DNA of 64,000 nt, taken from the NCBI GenBank assembly GCA_047606825.1, contig JASGDY010000131.1, positions 3,657 to 67,656 on the forward strand. Reading direction: 5' to 3'. Under the pieces are notes generated by a model. It worked only from the letters and a program-made list of their open reading frames with translations. It was not told the origin of the DNA and did no database searches. Origin of the DNA: Chitinophagaceae bacterium. Lineage in GTDB: Bacteria > Bacteroidota > Bacteroidia > Chitinophagales > Chitinophagaceae. Within the stretch, counting starts at the first letter, position 1; each line of letters begins with the position of its first letter. Below, one piece after another: positions 39,727 through 50,332 of the stretch. Both the position numbers and the translations under genes were made by a program.

Positions 39727-39996
39727 TTAATAATCTTTTTTAATTGCCCGATAAAGTCGGAAACCGCCGTATATCAAGCACAATCCGCCAAACATATAGC
39801 GCATCAGCGGATCTACGCTCAATACCAATTGGCGTGTTTGCGGTACGTGGTCGCCTACCAACAGCAAAAATGCCATACCTAATATCAATGTTGACATCGT
39901 AAAGTCCCTTACCGTCCGAAAAAGGAGGTAACCACGACGGTCGGCCTGTCTTTGGCGTTCCAACTGTTTTCTGCTGTCACTAAGTTTGTTGTCCAT
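39727..39996 (-). CDS. Small two-TM hypothetical membrane protein
   Basis: Two hydrophobic helices; FGGLCLIYGGFRLYRAIKKDY is a common Bacteroidota small-protein ending. Confidence 0.75.
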   Translation of the reverse strand: MDNKLSDSRKQLERQRQADRRGYLLFRTVRDFTMSTLILGMAFLLLVGDHVPQTRQLVLSVDPLMRYMFGGLCLIYGGFRLYRAIKKDY

Positions 39997-40092
39997 ATTT
40001 ACGATTCAAAACAAAAACCAATACTATAATCTAAGATGCTTTTGTATTGATTTTTTCATACGGATAAATTGCTTTTTTTGTAAAACATTATA

Positions 40093-41385
40093 TTAAAAAA
40101 TCTCATCCAGACTCAATGCCACGGCCATTATCGTCGTGTCCAGATCGTCATAGGTCAAGGCATTGCTCAGGAACCAGGATTCATACTGCGATGCGGGGAG
40201 ATACACACCTTTTTTCAACAACGCGTGGAAGAATCTGGCAAAAATTTCTTGATTGGATTTTGCGGCGGTTGCGAAGTCCACGACAGGCGCATCATTGAAA
40301 AACAGACTCATCATGCTCTGTTTCTGGTTGACCTCCACAGGGATGTTCCTTTCCCCGAATATTTGCAAAACACCTTTTTTCAGGTATTCCGCCTTGGCGT
40401 TGAGTTCTTCATAATATTCGGGATGCTCGTTCAGTTCTTTCAATAATGTGTAACCTGCAACCATCGCCAAAGGATTGCCACTCAACGTCCCTGCCTGATA
40501 TATGTTGCCCAAGGGTGCGATGTGCGACATGATTTCGTAACGACCTGCGAAAGCGCCGACAGGAAGTCCTGCACCGATGACTTTTCCATAAGTCACGATA
40601 TCCGCCTGTATGCCAAGCCGTTCCTGGGCGCCACCTTTTGCCTGTCGGAACCCGGTCATCACTTCGTCAAAAATCAAGACTGCTCCGTGTTCGTCGCACA
40701 GCCCCCGCAAACCTTCCAAAAACCCTGCTTTCGGCAAGACGCAGCCCATGTTGCCCGCAACAGGCTCAACGATGACTGCCGCGATTTCGTTGCGATGTTG
40801 ATAGAACAGTTGCTCTACCGCATCCAAATCGTTATAAGGCGCAATCAGCGTATCGCTGCTCGTCCCCGCCGTCACGCCCGGCACTTGCTGTATGTTGAGC
40901 GTGGCAACACCACTGCCGGCATTGACCAGAAACATGTCTGCATGACCGTGGTAACAACCATCAAACTTGACAAATTTATTTCGTCCCGTATAACCGCGTG
41001 CCAGACGTATAGCACTCATGCAGGCTTCTGTGCCACTGTTGACCATTCGGATAAGGTCCACATTGGACACCATCAACTTGATCAGTTCCGCGATTTCGGT
41101 TTCCAAGAGTGTCGGTGCGCCAAACGAAGTGGACAAGGACGCTTTTTGCTGCACAGCCTCGATGACCGGGTCGTAAGCATGGCCCAATATCATCGGTCCC
41201 CAAGAACCAACATAATCGATATACTTGTTGCCGTCGATATCATAGAGGTAGGCACCCTTGGCTTTTTCCAAAAAGACCGGTGTCCCTCCAACGTTCTTGA
41301 ATGCCCTGACAGGCGAATTGACACCGCCGGGAATACTTTGCCGTGCTCTTTCGAAAGCCGATTTGCTGGATTCGTATGTGTACAT
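40093..41385 (-). CDS. hemL: Glutamate-1-semialdehyde 2,1-aminomutase
   Basis: [69 protein letters not shown]. Confidence 0.97.
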   Translation of the reverse strand: MYTYESSKSAFERARQSIPGGVNSPVRAFKNVGGTPVFLEKAKGAYLYDIDGNKYIDYVGSWGPMILGHAYDPVIEAVQQKASLSTSFGAPTLLETEIAELIKLMVSNVDLIRMVNSGTEACMSAIRLARGYTGRNKFVKFDGCYHGHADMFLVNAGSGVATLNIQQVPGVTAGTSSDTLIAPYNDLDAVEQLFYQHRNEIAAVIVEPVAGNMGCVLPKAGFLEGLRGLCDEHGAVLIFDEVMTGFRQAKGGAQERLGIQADIVTYGKVIGAGLPVGAFAGRYEIMSHIAPLGNIYQAGTLSGNPLAMVAGYTLLKELNEHPEYYEELNAKAEYLKKGVLQIFGERNIPVEVNQKQSMMSLFFNDAPVVDFATAAKSNQEIFARFFHALLKKGVYLPASQYESWFLSNALTYDDLDTTIMAVALSLDEIF

Positions 41386-41588
41386 TTTTCAAAAATATGG
41401 AAGCGAAGTTACTATCCAACACCCTAAAACAAAAAGAATAAAAGATTTCGGGTTTCTTTAAGGTACAAATCTTGCCGCAATGCGTATCTTGCAGGGTCTC
41501 GAACGAAGTTTAACGCATATTTTAAAGAAAATGATTAAACATATTGTATCCAAAACTATCCGTATGGAGAAGAAAAACAAGTAACAAA

Positions 41589-42737
41589 ATGAAATTACAC
41601 ACAATAGCGAGCGTGTTCGTCGTTCTTCTGTTTCCCATGGCGGCAATGGCTCAAGATGAACAACAGTTCAAAATCGAAGGAAAACTCGACAACATAGGCA
41701 AAGAACCTGAAAAAATCCTCCTCTACTATCCTTACCGTGAACAGAACTATATGGACAGTGTCGAAGTAAAAGGCGACAAATACAAATTTGACGGCATGAT
41801 CTCCGGTCCGGTGAGAGCCGATCTGTACATCCGTTACAAAGACAGCCAAGGACAAACCAATATGTCTTCCGACGTACTGACCGTATTCCTACAACCCGGC
41901 AATATCGGGATCACGAGCAGCGGCTCATTTGCAAACGCGACAGTGACAGGCTCCAAGGCCAACGATGAATTTAAAAAAATACAGCAGGCCGCCGTTCCCT
42001 ACCAAAACCAGATCGCTCCGTTGATGGAACAATACAAAACCTACGCAAAGGACAAAAACAAGGCGGGGCAGCAAGAAGTCAACAAGCAAATAAACAACAT
42101 CAAACAAAGAATGCTGGCAGACACCTATGGCAACTACGTCAAGCAAAACCCCAATTCGCCCATCGCCCTGTTTGCCTTGCAGCAATACGAGGGTGTCAAT
42201 ATCAAACATCCAGACGAGGCTTCGCAGCTTTTCGGCACATTACCGGCTGATGTCCAGGCTTCGCGTGACGGACAGAAGTTCCAACAACTCATCCGCATGG
42301 CACAAATGGCGCCCGTCGGAAAAGCGGCACCGGACTTTGTCCAAAACGACACTTTGGGCACCCCCATTCCGCTGTCTGCCTATCGCGGCAACTATGTGTT
42401 GATTGATTTTTGGGCAAGCTGGTGCGGTCCGTGCCGTGCGGAAAACCCCGAACTGGTTGCACTATACAACAAATACCATTCGCATGGATTCAACGTCCTC
42501 GGCGTGTCGCTCGACAAACCCGGCGAAATGGACAACTGGCTCAAAGCCATCCACGAGGACAAGCTACCCTGGAGAAATGTTTCGGATTTGCAGTTTTGGA
42601 ACAATGCCGTCGCAAGGAAATACGGTATCGTCTCCGTCCCACAAAACTTCCTTATCGACCCAAGCGGGAAAATTGTCGCAAGGGACTTGAAAATGGACGA
42701 GTTGAACGCGAGGTTGACCGCACTCTACGGAAATTAA
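41589..42737 (+). CDS. TlpA-family thiol:disulfide oxidoreductase (DUF4369 N-terminus plus AhpC/TSA domain)
   Basis: Signal peptide from ATG 41589; IDFWASWCGPCRAENP (CxxC); WRNVSDLQFWNN; VPQNFLIDPSGKIVA. Confidence 0.92.
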   Translation: MKLHTIASVFVVLLFPMAAMAQDEQQFKIEGKLDNIGKEPEKILLYYPYREQNYMDSVEVKGDKYKFDGMISGPVRADLYIRYKDSQGQTNMSSDVLTVFLQPGNIGITSSGSFANATVTGSKANDEFKKIQQAAVPYQNQIAPLMEQYKTYAKDKNKAGQQEVNKQINNIKQRMLADTYGNYVKQNPNSPIALFALQQYEGVNIKHPDEASQLFGTLPADVQASRDGQKFQQLIRMAQMAPVGKAAPDFVQNDTLGTPIPLSAYRGNYVLIDFWASWCGPCRAENPELVALYNKYHSHGFNVLGVSLDKPGEMDNWLKAIHEDKLPWRNVSDLQFWNNAVARKYGIVSVPQNFLIDPSGKIVARDLKMDELNARLTALYGN

Positions 42738-42854
42738 CAGTCTGTAGACAGGACAGTGGGCAGTTGGACGTTCAAGTTAAACCTAAGAACCTTATATAGA
42801 AGGTCAAGTTACCCACAAACGTTGTGATTTTCCGTAAAGCCCGAGGGTAGAGAA

Positions 42855-43544
42855 CTAACCCAACGCAAAATCAACTGCTGCTTGGGCGTGTATTTTTGTC
42901 GTGTCAAATGCAGGAGCGGCAATTTCTTCCGTCTTTATCAACATCGGGATCTCGGTACAGCCGAGAATGATTCCTTCCGCACCTGCATGTAGCAGGTTGT
43001 CGATGATTTCCAAATACCCTTTTTTGGTGGATTCCGTAAGGATACCTTTGTGCAATTCCTCATCCAAGGTCTTTACGATATATGCCCTTTCTTCCTGCGA
43101 AGGCACAATTGTTTCGATGCCTTTTTCGGACAACTTGTCTTTAAAAAAACGACGTTCCATCGTAAACTGCGTTCCCAAAAGACCAATCTTTTTCAAACCT
43201 TGTTGGCGGACTGCATCTGCCGTTGACACGGCTATATGAATCAGGGGAAGCTGAATATATTCCTGTATTCTGTCGGCAATCAAATGGGCTGTATTGGCAC
43301 ACAGGACAATACCTTCGGCACCTGCCTTCTTCAAGCTGTCGCAGGCAGAGGAAAGCAACCTGAAATTAGCGTCCCAGTCATCCACACTGTTGTTGTCATG
43401 CACGTGCTGGAAATTGACGGAATAGGTGATACATTCCGCATAGTTTAAACCTCCCAAACGCTCATTGATACCTTCATTGATGTATCTATAATAATCGATT
43501 GTCGAAACCCAGCTAATGCCGCCAACAAGTCCTAACTTTTTCAT
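42855..43544 (-). CDS. Aspartate/glutamate racemase family protein
   Basis: GLVGGISWVST, IVLCANTAH, GLLGTQFTM, IILGCTEIP, FDTTKIHA. Confidence 0.93.
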   Translation of the reverse strand: MKKLGLVGGISWVSTIDYYRYINEGINERLGGLNYAECITYSVNFQHVHDNNSVDDWDANFRLLSSACDSLKKAGAEGIVLCANTAHLIADRIQEYIQLPLIHIAVSTADAVRQQGLKKIGLLGTQFTMERRFFKDKLSEKGIETIVPSQEERAYIVKTLDEELHKGILTESTKKGYLEIIDNLLHAGAEGIILGCTEIPMLIKTEEIAAPAFDTTKIHAQAAVDFALG

Positions 43545-43950
43545 GGTCTGTCATCATTTTATAGTCCAAAGTAAAACAATTTTTCTTTTGCCGCTGATGC
43601 ATGTACCAGCAACACCTATTATTTCTTCTCTGCAAAATTTCCATTTAGAAAAGCTGTACAAGGATAAAAAGTAGCGGTTAAACGTATATTGTCAAACCAC
43701 CCCGACCAGTGATTGGTTTCCCCGATACTGAAAATCCATCTATTTTATTTTCAATAAATTCCACTTACGCTACCTCCAAATCATGAACTTAATTTTGGAT
43801 GAACTTAACCAAGTAATCCCTGTCGAACTCGGGCTAGTATAAGCATCCCACAGCTATTTTTCTGTACATTTTCTAATAAATACAACCAAAGCAAATGAAG
43901 GTTTCGGCACAGTTCTACACATTATTGTGTGATTAGTTTGTTTAAAAATA

Positions 43951-44889
43951 TTAATCCGAAATATCCTTGAATAATTGCTCGAATGCAGCTACTACGCTAC
44001 TATATTCTGGCAAAGAACCAGCAGCATAGGACATACCTTTTACAAAACGGCCGTACTCAGTGGGGTATTTTTTATCATTTCTTAAAATATCCAGCGCAAT
44101 ACTGAATTTTTCTTTTATGCTAAGTCCTTCTATGCTTTTGGCACGATCATCATCTTCCTGAATAGTATGTATCATCAATGTTTTAAAGCCATGATAGTTG
44201 ATAACTGTACGGTTCAGAAAATATAAGTCATGCAAGTGTCTTACAATATTTCTGTCATCGGGATTTTCTGCATTGTTTTTAATATCTTCTTCTCTCTGCG
44301 GAATACGCCATAATAAAGCACTGCATTTATCAATAGCTATTTCTATTGAGTTGGCGCAAGCTACGTTCAATACTTCCGGCGATTTGCGGGACAATTCATT
44401 GACAAAAGAAGAAACTGAAAATGTCTGTGCTTTCAAAAACAGGTTAGTCAATCTAAATTCAATCAAGAGATGCGGGCGCAAGGCAACAGATTGCGGAAAC
44501 AAAGTAGGATAATCTAATTGAACAGAAAAGAAATGATTGCTATCTCTTGCAACAATTTTATTGTCATCAATATCAAACTCGGTTCTTAAATGAGTAATAA
44601 CCGCATTCTTAAAATCAGATAATATTTTCTTTTGTTGGCTTTTACTCTTTTCTTCAAGCAGATTAGTTTGTATTCTGAAATCAACGTCCTCTGAAAACCT
44701 TTGGATGATATTATGTGCTTTAGACAAAGCTGTTCCACCCGAAAATATAATGTCAAAACCGGGATAAGAAAATTCATGAACTTTCTTCAACACCTGCACT
44801 GCATACCAATCTTTCTCAACGAAAGCAGCATTGATATTTTTTATCGTAGCCACTTCTTCCAGCAGGTCTTTATTTTTAAACTCGTTCAT
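43951..44889 (-). CDS. AbiEii-type nucleotidyltransferase toxin (type IV TA)
   Basis: FVEKDWYAV, IFSGGTALSKAHNIIQRFSEDVDF (GGT...RFSEDxD signature), RHLHDLY. Start taken at ATG 44889. Confidence 0.9.
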   Translation of the reverse strand: MNEFKNKDLLEEVATIKNINAAFVEKDWYAVQVLKKVHEFSYPGFDIIFSGGTALSKAHNIIQRFSEDVDFRIQTNLLEEKSKSQQKKILSDFKNAVITHLRTEFDIDDNKIVARDSNHFFSVQLDYPTLFPQSVALRPHLLIEFRLTNLFLKAQTFSVSSFVNELSRKSPEVLNVACANSIEIAIDKCSALLWRIPQREEDIKNNAENPDDRNIVRHLHDLYFLNRTVINYHGFKTLMIHTIQEDDDRAKSIEGLSIKEKFSIALDILRNDKKYPTEYGRFVKGMSYAAGSLPEYSSVVAAFEQLFKDISD

Positions 44890-45289
44890 AATAAATTGGC
44901 GTTTCCTTGTAACCAATTTTACGACTAAACCTTGACTTTGCTATGCCAATCTGCCTACCCGTAGGGATTTGTGTAGAGCGCCCTGCATGATATTCTTTTT
45001 CTGCATTAGTCGGCAGCGTCTTTACTCCCAGCTTTTGGAGTGCCTCTTTGGCCAAAGTGGGAAGCGGGGCAACGGGAAGAAGCTCGCCTGTAAGTTGTGA
45101 TACTTTCGTTTTGGCATAGATACCATAACCCAACTTTGCTAAATTACCTTGCCGGGTAAGTTTAAGCAACGCTCTACCCACTTGGTCGTAACCGCCGAGG
45201 TCAGCAAAATCCTCACGGATAAATATGTTAGACTTCATCCTTGCTATTCTTGCCTTAATCTTATTTTCCAATGATTTAAAATTCCCCAT
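44876..45289 (-). CDS. AbiEi-like antitoxin / DUF6088-type winged-HTH regulator
   Basis: IFIREDFADLGGYDQVGRALLKLTRQGNLAKLGYGIYAK; overlaps the start of the AbiEii-type gene. Confidence 0.82.
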   Translation of the reverse strand: MGNFKSLENKIKARIARMKSNIFIREDFADLGGYDQVGRALLKLTRQGNLAKLGYGIYAKTKVSQLTGELLPVAPLPTLAKEALQKLGVKTLPTNAEKEYHAGRSTQIPTGRQIGIAKSRFSRKIGYKETPIYYERV

Positions 45290-45315
45290 TGTTACCTGTA
45301 TTCTAATTTGTAAAA

Positions 45316-45350
45316 ATACGACAATTCTTAATTACAAAGATACGACAATT
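45316..45350. promoter_or_regulatory. Two 11-bp direct repeats (ATACGACAATT, 24-bp period) around the minus-strand -7 element TATCTTTG of the AbiE operon
   Basis: Repeats at 45316-45326 and 45340-45350; CAAAGATA on + at 45335-45342. Confidence 0.6.
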
Positions 45351-45562
45351 ATTTTCTTGGAATCATGTCCAAAATCAGTTGTAGCCCTAATACTAAAATT
45401 ACATTTTGTATTTGATCAACAAGGATAAACCTTATTGTATCTATATGAAATATAAAAACAACAAATCGGTTATTGTTGCTATTATAAGGAAATGCTCCAT
45501 TGTAGGGTCGCCCATCATTCTTTTGAGCAATATAATATCGACGACTGGCCACAGACTATTGT

Positions 45563-46813
45563 TTACTGACTACTGGCCGCTATTTTCCTTCTCCACAACA
45601 GATTACCGTCTCCATAACTTAAAAAACGGAAACCATTGTCCAGTGCATACTGGTAGATACTTTTCCAACGGTCACCGACGACAGCCGCCACCAACAATAT
45701 CAACGTGGACTGCGGTTGGTGGAAATTTGTTACCAGACCATTGGCAATCCTTAGTTCGTAACCCGGTGCGATGATAATCTGTGTTTTTGCCAATAGCCTT
45801 TCGATATGGCGCGACCGCATCCATCTTACCAGACCTTCAATGGCTTCTTTTGCCGAAATATCGCTGGTATTTTCGTAAGGTTCCCATTGCCGGACCTCGA
45901 TATGCAAAGATTCGAGTTCGTTGCGGCTAGCTTTGACACCCATCCAATAAAGGCTTTCAACGGTGCGCATGGACGTAGTGCCGACCGTGACGATATTGCG
46001 GTTTTCGGCAATGGCCGACAACAGTTGTTGGAGAAAGGACAGGGAAATATCCATCGCCTCGTAGTGCATATCATGGTCTGCGATATGTTCAGCTTTTACG
46101 GGTTTGAACGTCCCCGCGCCGACATGCAGCGTCACGAAATCGTAGGAACTTTTTTTTTCCCGTAGGCTGTCCAATACTTTTTCCGTGAAATGCAGCCCTG
46201 CCGTGGGCGCAGCGACGGAACCATCATATTTTGCATAAACCGTTTGATAGCGTTCCTGGTCCGAAACTTCGGTCTCGCGGTTGAGGTAAGGCGGCAGTGG
46301 GATGATACCCGCATAATGCAAAACCTCCGCAAAAGACAAAATACTGTCGCTCCAATACAACCGCACGAGAAAATAGTCGTTGCGCTTCTCCATCTTTTCG
46401 ACGGATAGCTCAACAGTTCCGTTTTTCCCTTCGAAAGAGCGCGTCAAAACACCGTCTTTCCATTTTTTGGCACCACCGACAAGACATTTCCAATAGACCT
46501 CACCAGTTTGCAGCATCGCCGAGGTGATGTCGGGATAACAATCGTCCGGCTCCAGGCAGAAAATCTCTATCGTCGAACCCGTTGATTTCTGGAAAAAAAT
46601 CCGCGCCTCGACAACTTTGGTGTTGTTGAAAACCAGAAATGTGTTTTCCGGCAATTCATCAGCGATATGCGCGTAAGTGTTTTGCCTGATGCCTTTTCCC
46701 GGTTCGAAAACCAATAGTTTGCTCGCGTCGCGTTGCGGGAGCGGGTATTTTGCAATGCGTTCCTCAGGAAGTTCGTAAGTATAGTCGAGAATGGAAATGT
46801 CTTTTGGATGCAT
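45563..46813 (-). CDS. queA: S-adenosylmethionine:tRNA ribosyltransferase-isomerase
   Basis: YTYELPEERIAKYP, LVFNNTKV, IPLPPYLNR, RYQTVYA, GSVAAPTAGLHFT, TLHVGAGTFKPV, TNFHQPQSTL, FLSYGD; -7 element TACCTTTG at 46818-46825 (minus). Confidence 0.95.
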   Translation of the reverse strand: MHPKDISILDYTYELPEERIAKYPLPQRDASKLLVFEPGKGIRQNTYAHIADELPENTFLVFNNTKVVEARIFFQKSTGSTIEIFCLEPDDCYPDITSAMLQTGEVYWKCLVGGAKKWKDGVLTRSFEGKNGTVELSVEKMEKRNDYFLVRLYWSDSILSFAEVLHYAGIIPLPPYLNRETEVSDQERYQTVYAKYDGSVAAPTAGLHFTEKVLDSLREKKSSYDFVTLHVGAGTFKPVKAEHIADHDMHYEAMDISLSFLQQLLSAIAENRNIVTVGTTSMRTVESLYWMGVKASRNELESLHIEVRQWEPYENTSDISAKEAIEGLVRWMRSRHIERLLAKTQIIIAPGYELRIANGLVTNFHQPQSTLILLVAAVVGDRWKSIYQYALDNGFRFLSYGDGNLLWRRKIAASSQ

Positions 46814-47072
46814 GGCGCAAAGGTAGGGGTTGCAGGGAAAAAAGGCATGGAGATAAGCCCACTACCCTGACCATGACATCCTGTTTTCTTTATGGATTAG
46901 ACAATCAAGACCAACTTATCCTTTCAGAACAGACAACCGAATGCACTTTTTTAACAACTTATAAAAATTCCCGATTTCGTAAACAATATTCCCAAACTCG
47001 TAAACCACAAGCTACCGCCGGATATACCTTTGCCATCTTCATCAATCTATATATTCTAAATCTTAAAACTTA

Positions 47073-49397
47073 ATGAAATACAGTCGTTTATGGAGAAGAC
47101 TGACGACCCTGGTTCTTGGCATATCGGTATGCCTGATGGCAAAATCCCAAAACGTCTATCTGAAAGGAACGGTGGAGACCAGAGACAGACAGCGGATACA
47201 GGGAATCAGCATTGCAGTCCCCGAAACTAGGAGCAAGACCGTTTCTGACGCCAAAGGACACTTCTTGCTTAGAGGACTCCCTCAACGGGAATTTGTCGTT
47301 CAATTAAGAAGTGAAGACAGCCTGTTGATGGAAACAAAATTCAGCCATCCGGAGCAAGACACGATCTTTTACACCTTTACACTTCCTTTTGACGCGCAAA
47401 AACTGGAAGAGGTAGTTGTAAGCAGCACCCGCCTACACCTGGAATCGGACGATATCGGCAAGGTGAAAATGAAAAACATGGAAAACCCGGAAGTGTATAG
47501 CTATGTTTCGAAGGAATTGCTGAAAGAGACCAATATCGTCAACATACAAGACGCATTGAGAAACGTCACGGGTGCTACCGTCAACATGGATCCTGCCGGG
47601 GGTATCAGCATTATGTCCCGCGGCTTTGCCACCTATGTCGGCGCACGGAATGGATACCCTTTTCGGGCAACGGCAAGGAGCAACACCGACCTTGTCAACA
47701 TTGAAGCCATCGAGGTACTGAAAGGCCCAAGCGGCGCGCTGTTTGGAAATGCCGTCAATTCCTATGGTGGGCTCGTCAACCTCGTGACCAAAAAACCTTT
47801 TGAATCTACCCAGACCGAAATCAGCTACACCGTCGGTAGCTTTGGACTCCAAAGATTGACGGCGGACGTCAACACACCGCTTACCACGGACAAAAAGACT
47901 TTGCTGCGCGTAAACGGTGCCATCCATAAACAAGGTAGCTTCATGAATGCCGGCCACAACAACCGATACATGCTGGCGCCCAGTTTGGCATTCATGCCCA
48001 CCGATAAGCTAAAACTGACTTTAGATATGGAACTGTACAAAGAAGACGTCACAAGACCTTATTATATCTCGAGCTATTCGGCACTGACCGGACTCAAAAA
48101 CATCAAAGACTTGCCAATCGATTACAAAGAAGCGTTTTTCGACAATTCATTGAATGCCGTCTCCCAGAATCTTAGGGTCTACCTCAATTCGGAATATAAA
48201 ATCTCGAAAACATGGACTTCCGTCACCAATATCGCCTACATCAACGAAGACCTCCAAAAAAGCTATCAGGGATACCTGTATTTTATGCCAAATGATTCGT
48301 TGGCACGGAGCAACGGTGATTTTGGACCAATCACGACCTACTCCACCGACTTCCAGCAAAACTTTAAGGCGGACTTCCGTATTGGGTCTATCAGGAATCG
48401 GCTGTTGCTGGGTTTTGACTATTATAGCTACAACTCTAGGCGTATCTACGTAAGTTTCCCCCTCCTCGATACCATCAATTATAAGACATCCTTCAATCTC
48501 GCCAATATACGTAAAGTTGAACAGGCTTATAACAACTATGACAACATGGTGGCAACGAGCGCATACAGCTCCAATTTTAACCAAGTGGCATTTTATGCCT
48601 CCGACCTTATCAATATCACCCCCGGATTGATGGTGCTTGCAAGTGCAAGGGCAGACCGATACATGCTCAAAGGCTCTTCTGGCTATAACCAAAACTCCAT
48701 TACACCCAAATTTGGAATAGTATATCAACCTATTTTGGAAAAAATATCCATTTTTGGAAACTATACCAGCGGCTATACCAATGCCGGCACCGTCACCCAG
48801 CCCGACGGTACCCAGTTCGTAATGAAACCTTATTTTGCACATCAATGGGAAGCCGGCATCAAAGCGGCACTCTCCAACAACCATCTGGTCGCCACGCTTA
48901 GCTATTTTGACATCAGGATATCCGATGCACCTAGATACGATGGTACAGGATACGCCTACCAAGATGGCAACCAGAAAAGCAACGGTCTGGAATTTGATTT
49001 AAAGGCATACGCCTTCGATGGATTTTCCGCGATAGCAGGCTATGTCTACAATGTCAATAAATATATCAAATCGACGAGCAATGAAGGCAAACTCACAACA
49101 GCCACTCCGAAGAACGTCGGTAATCTATGGCTCAGCTATCGCTTCCGCCATAGCCCTGCATTAAAACATTTCGGCATAGGCGCGGGTGGAAACTATGTAG
49201 ACAAGAGCTTTTTTAATGCGGCCAATACGATTATCCTTCCCTCCTACTTATTGGTAAATGCATCTGTTTTTTATGACAACGAGACATGGCGGGCCGGGGT
49301 TGCAGTGGCCAATATTACCAACAGGAAATACTGGTCTTCGATTGCCACGCCCCAGACACCAAGGAACATTTCCTTAAACGTCTCTTTCAAATTCTAA
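47073..49397 (+). CDS. TonB-dependent siderophore-type receptor
   Basis: LEEVVVS, IEVLKGPSGALFG, GGLVNLVTKKP, C-terminal VSFKF; -7 element TACCTTTG at 47025-47032. Confidence 0.9.
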   Translation: MKYSRLWRRLTTLVLGISVCLMAKSQNVYLKGTVETRDRQRIQGISIAVPETRSKTVSDAKGHFLLRGLPQREFVVQLRSEDSLLMETKFSHPEQDTIFYTFTLPFDAQKLEEVVVSSTRLHLESDDIGKVKMKNMENPEVYSYVSKELLKETNIVNIQDALRNVTGATVNMDPAGGISIMSRGFATYVGARNGYPFRATARSNTDLVNIEAIEVLKGPSGALFGNAVNSYGGLVNLVTKKPFESTQTEISYTVGSFGLQRLTADVNTPLTTDKKTLLRVNGAIHKQGSFMNAGHNNRYMLAPSLAFMPTDKLKLTLDMELYKEDVTRPYYISSYSALTGLKNIKDLPIDYKEAFFDNSLNAVSQNLRVYLNSEYKISKTWTSVTNIAYINEDLQKSYQGYLYFMPNDSLARSNGDFGPITTYSTDFQQNFKADFRIGSIRNRLLLGFDYYSYNSRRIYVSFPLLDTINYKTSFNLANIRKVEQAYNNYDNMVATSAYSSNFNQVAFYASDLINITPGLMVLASARADRYMLKGSSGYNQNSITPKFGIVYQPILEKISIFGNYTSGYTNAGTVTQPDGTQFVMKPYFAHQWEAGIKAALSNNHLVATLSYFDIRISDAPRYDGTGYAYQDGNQKSNGLEFDLKAYAFDGFSAIAGYVYNVNKYIKSTSNEGKLTTATPKNVGNLWLSYRFRHSPALKHFGIGAGGNYVDKSFFNAANTIILPSYLLVNASVFYDNETWRAGVAVANITNRKYWSSIATPQTPRNISLNVSFKF

Positions 49398-49690
49398 AAG
49401 GATTCAGGACAAAATACATTCGTTCGTGGTATATGAAAGAAATACAAAGCATGCTTAGTTTCCGCAAAGCCCCCTTCGGGAGGGCATGCGGAGACTGAAT
49501 GTGAATGTGCAATGATATTAGGCTTTGGACACGCTTACGCGTCATTTCCGGGAAGGCGGGAAGCGACCACCCTAACAATCCGACGTCAATTTCAAAAATG
49601 ACCCGCTCGTCAACAATTCGTCATAATTTCCTGTTAATCTATGCGCAAACAAATATTACACAATATCTTTAACGCCAAATTATAATAACA

Positions 49691-50239
49691 ATGAAAACAT
49701 GTCGTCTATCCGCAAGCTTGCAGAAAGCACTAAACGAGCAAATGACCTTGGAAGCCTATTCCGCACAAGTATATCTGATGTTGTCTTCCTGGGCTGATTC
49801 ACAGAGCTATATCGGCATTTCCGGTTTCTTGTTCAAACACGCCAACGAGGAGCGTACCCACATGGCCAAACTGATTGAATATATACAGGAACGCGGTGGC
49901 AAAGTCACCATCGACGCCATCAAAAAACCCGGCGTGGAACCCAAATCCGTGCAGGAATGCTTTGAGATGGTATTCAAACAAGAAGTGGAAAATACCACCG
50001 CCATCTACAAAATCATCGATTTGGCGATGAAAGAAGGTGACTGGGCAACCTGGAACCATCTCCAGTGGTTCGTGAAAGAACAACGTGAAGAAGAAAAATA
50101 TGCACTCCACCTCTTGGACAAAATCAAAATCGCCGGTGGCAAAAATGCCGTTGAATCTGCCCTGTACGAACTGGACAAGGACATTTCCAAGGCTTCGCAG
50201 GACACGCCTGTTTCCGACGACCTTCATTTGGACGCTTAA
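49691..50239 (+). CDS. ftnA: Non-heme ferritin
   Basis: LNEQMTLEAYSAQVYL, HANEERTHM, QEVENT, WFVKEQREEE ferroxidase residues. Confidence 0.92.
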   Translation: MKTCRLSASLQKALNEQMTLEAYSAQVYLMLSSWADSQSYIGISGFLFKHANEERTHMAKLIEYIQERGGKVTIDAIKKPGVEPKSVQECFEMVFKQEVENTTAIYKIIDLAMKEGDWATWNHLQWFVKEQREEEKYALHLLDKIKIAGGKNAVESALYELDKDISKASQDTPVSDDLHLDA

Positions 50240-50332
50240 CCATATTTGCGTATTGCAAATTTCGGACGGTAAAATTCAACTTTGCTTTAACTGCAAATGA
50301 TTTAACTTTGCCAGTCGGAAATGTAAAACATT

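Noticed and set aside
40522-41427. 301-aa plus-strand ORF
   Set aside because: Antisense shadow of hemL with no family motifs.
43700-43950. Possible gene relic downstream of the AbiEii-type gene
   Set aside because: Short open frames only, with no recognisable motif.
47043-47061. Possible Fur box upstream of the second TonB receptor
   Set aside because: Only a half-site (ATTCTAAAT) in AT-rich DNA; not supportable without a PWM.
48147-48962. 271-aa minus-strand ORF
   Set aside because: Antisense to the second TonB receptor; no motifs.
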